Of a stretch of DNA of 64,000 nt, positions 62,727-64,000 are shown piece by piece. Every line of letters starts with the position of its first letter. Position 1 is the stretch's first letter. Both the position numbers and the translations under genes were made by a program. The notes beneath the pieces were generated by a model that was not told the origin of the DNA, searched no databases, and saw nothing but the letters and a program-made list of their open reading frames with translations. The stretch is from a virus: IMG/VR virus record IMGVR_UViG_3300045988_095776, positions 1-64,000 of that record; one strand, given 5' to 3'.

Positions 62727-62755
62727 TTGACGCATAGTTTAATAAATGATATACT
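62727..62755 (+). promoter_or_regulatory. second copy of the same promoter/operator
   Basis: TTGACG-17 nt (catagtttaataaatga)-TATACT. Confidence 0.65.
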
Positions 62756-62781
62756 GTAACCATAGAAAGGAAGTGGTTGCA

Positions 62782-63279
62782 GTGAAAACAGAACAATTTA
62801 GGATTAATGAAAATTCTGATTTCCCGGGTGTCTATATAATTGTAAATATGGACAATCAAAAAGTATATATTGGCTCAACTAGAAATATACACAAAAGATT
62901 GAAAACGCATTTATATAGCCTAAAAAAAGGGAAACATTCGTCAAGTAGTTTTCAAAAAGATTTTGATAATGGTAATTCATTTATCGCATATCCTCTAACA
63001 AGAGTTGAGCTATTGCCAAAGTATTTAAAGGACCATAATTTAAGACATTTTGAATACATGGCGATTAAAATGTTTGATTCTACGAATCCAGAAAAAGGAT
63101 ACAACAAAGTAAACCACAAAGCAGAATCATACGAATTAGGAAATATAAAGCAAGCGAATTCTTTATTTAACGATTTCTTTGAAGTGAAAGAAAAATACAA
63201 AACGAGAACAGACTTGGAATATTATAAAGAATACTACGAAGAAGAATTAGAATTTTTCTTAAATCAGGCTATGCGTTAA
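62782..63279 (+). CDS. GIY-YIG nuclease (I-TevI-like catalytic domain), GTG start
   Basis: GVYIIVN...KVYIGSTRNIHKRLKTH; the track ATG 62746 lies upstream of the -10 box, so GTG 62782 after AAGGAAG is preferred. Confidence 0.6.
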   Translation: MKTEQFRINENSDFPGVYIIVNMDNQKVYIGSTRNIHKRLKTHLYSLKKGKHSSSSFQKDFDNGNSFIAYPLTRVELLPKYLKDHNLRHFEYMAIKMFDSTNPEKGYNKVNHKAESYELGNIKQANSLFNDFFEVKEKYKTRTDLEYYKEYYEEELEFFLNQAMR

Positions 63280-63324
63280 AGAAACCAATCACACAGCCCC
63301 AGGAGGGGCGGAAAGGAGGGGAAA

Positions 63325-63606
63325 ATGGAATATTTAGTTAATGAGAAACGCAACAACCAGTTCTTTCCGAGAAACTGTATTTACATCCCGGAAAACTACC
63401 CGGAGGACTGGCGGGAACGCCTTGAAGCTGGCGAGGTTGTCAGCTACGAGGAGGACGGCGAGCAGTGCGAAATCTGGCTCGATATGGAACAAGAAGAAAG
63501 TCATAAACCATGTATACATGTACTTGATAATATGATATGTGGGAAAGGCGTAAAAAGCTCTGGAAAATGTGAGCCACCATGTAGTTACTATGAAAGTGGC
63601 AGATAA
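63325..63606 (+). CDS. hypothetical acidic, Cys-containing protein
   Basis: RBS AAAGGAGGGG. Confidence 0.55.
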   Translation: MEYLVNEKRNNQFFPRNCIYIPENYPEDWRERLEAGEVVSYEEDGEQCEIWLDMEQEESHKPCIHVLDNMICGKGVKSSGKCEPPCSYYESGR

Positions 63607-63668
63607 AATTTAGCTTTTAAGTCACTTTTATATGCGATATAAATATATTAAAAGATTGGAGAATAATT

Positions 63669-63863
63669 GTGAAGAAAACAATTGATTTATTAAATGAAGT
63701 TGTAGCAATGGGATTCAACAGAGAACAGGCACTTGCAGACATCGACGCAAGCCTTGACGCAGAACTCGAAGAAAGAAAGCCATTGATGGAGGAAGAAATA
63801 CCAGAAAATTTGTACAATAATATCCTTGAAGGATTCCGAGAAGATAAGGAAATGAACGCATGA
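63669..63863 (+). CDS. hypothetical acidic small protein (GTG start)
   Basis: RBS TGGAGA; ATGA overlap with the next gene. Confidence 0.5.
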   Translation: MKKTIDLLNEVVAMGFNREQALADIDASLDAELEERKPLMEEEIPENLYNNILEGFREDKEMNA

Positions 63864-64000
63864 AAGCAGTGATGATACAAGGGCATATGGACGTCGCCCG
63901 GTTTTCAATACTGGGATGGAATGGCAAGCGGGGCGAAACATACCCGCTTCCGCCTTTCTCTACAGTTGCTGGGATGGTTCATTTTCTTTGCAGGTGGGAC
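63860..64000 (+). CDS. 5' end (47 codons) of a Cas5-like gene, truncated by the window edge
   Basis: MKAVMIQGHMDVARFSILGWNGKRGETYPLPPFSTVAGMVHFLC; the (S/T)YP.PP.ST..G motif after an A.F strand is typical of Cas5 N-termini. Confidence 0.35.
   Translation, partial: MKAVMIQGHMDVARFSILGWNGKRGETYPLPPFSTVAGMVHFLCRWD

Noticed and set aside
62332-62745. CRISPR-like array from the repeated GCATAGTTTAATAA units (and GGTATCA units at 47036-47100)
   Set aside because: The repeats are only 7-14 nt long, irregularly spaced and embedded in promoter spacers. They are operator-type repeats, not CRISPR repeats. No array was seen anywhere in the window.
1-64000. Genome-wide stop-codon reassignment (TGA=Trp or TAG=Gln)
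   Set aside because: TGA and TAG terminate many well-delimited genes, including the tape measure, the fibre, recT, the RT and several RHH genes. Long ORFs encode Trp with TGG. Only three isolated in-frame stops were found, so a global alternative code is unlikely.

Overview
The window reads as one contiguous, AT-rich temperate siphovirus-type phage or prophage genome of a Firmicutes/Clostridia-like host. I saw no rRNA, no complete tRNA, no CRISPR array and no clear host housekeeping gene. All family calls rest on motifs I recognise by eye, because no searches were run. Positions 1-30.6 kb hold the late genes: scaffold, gpD-like decoration, gpE-like capsid, head-tail joining, major tail, G/GT chaperones, a roughly 1550-aa tape measure, a Dit-like protein, a 1637-aa collagen-repeat fibre and an endolysin. 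This late region is unusually fragmented. A 9.6-kb island carrying a tyrosine recombinase (2624-12214) splits the head-tail joining genes. A homing-endonuclease-like moron sits at 13.1-14.5 kb. The tape-measure gene is interrupted by a 329-nt structured insert that I call a candidate group I intron. A 0.83-kb repeat-dense non-coding spacer follows the tape-measure gene. Positions 30.7-33.4 kb hold morons, an orphan LytTR regulator and a secreted Ig-repeat protein. Positions 33.5-57.3 kb hold the immunity switch and early genes, including a complete diversity-generating retroelement (two targets, avd, TR, RT) in which all 21 TR/VR differences fall on TR adenines. Three early genes carry single in-frame stop codons, two of them at positions where Trp is expected, and one gene is frameshifted. 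Positions 57.4-60 kb hold a large serine recombinase preceded by an attP-like 44-bp inverted repeat. Positions 60.1-60.7 kb hold an ORF-free unit of about 570 nt running from promoter to terminator, a candidate large structured ncRNA, next to a tRNA-like minihelix. Positions 62-64 kb hold RHH and GIY-YIG modules with duplicated operator-promoters. The last 141 nt look like the start of a Cas5-like gene.
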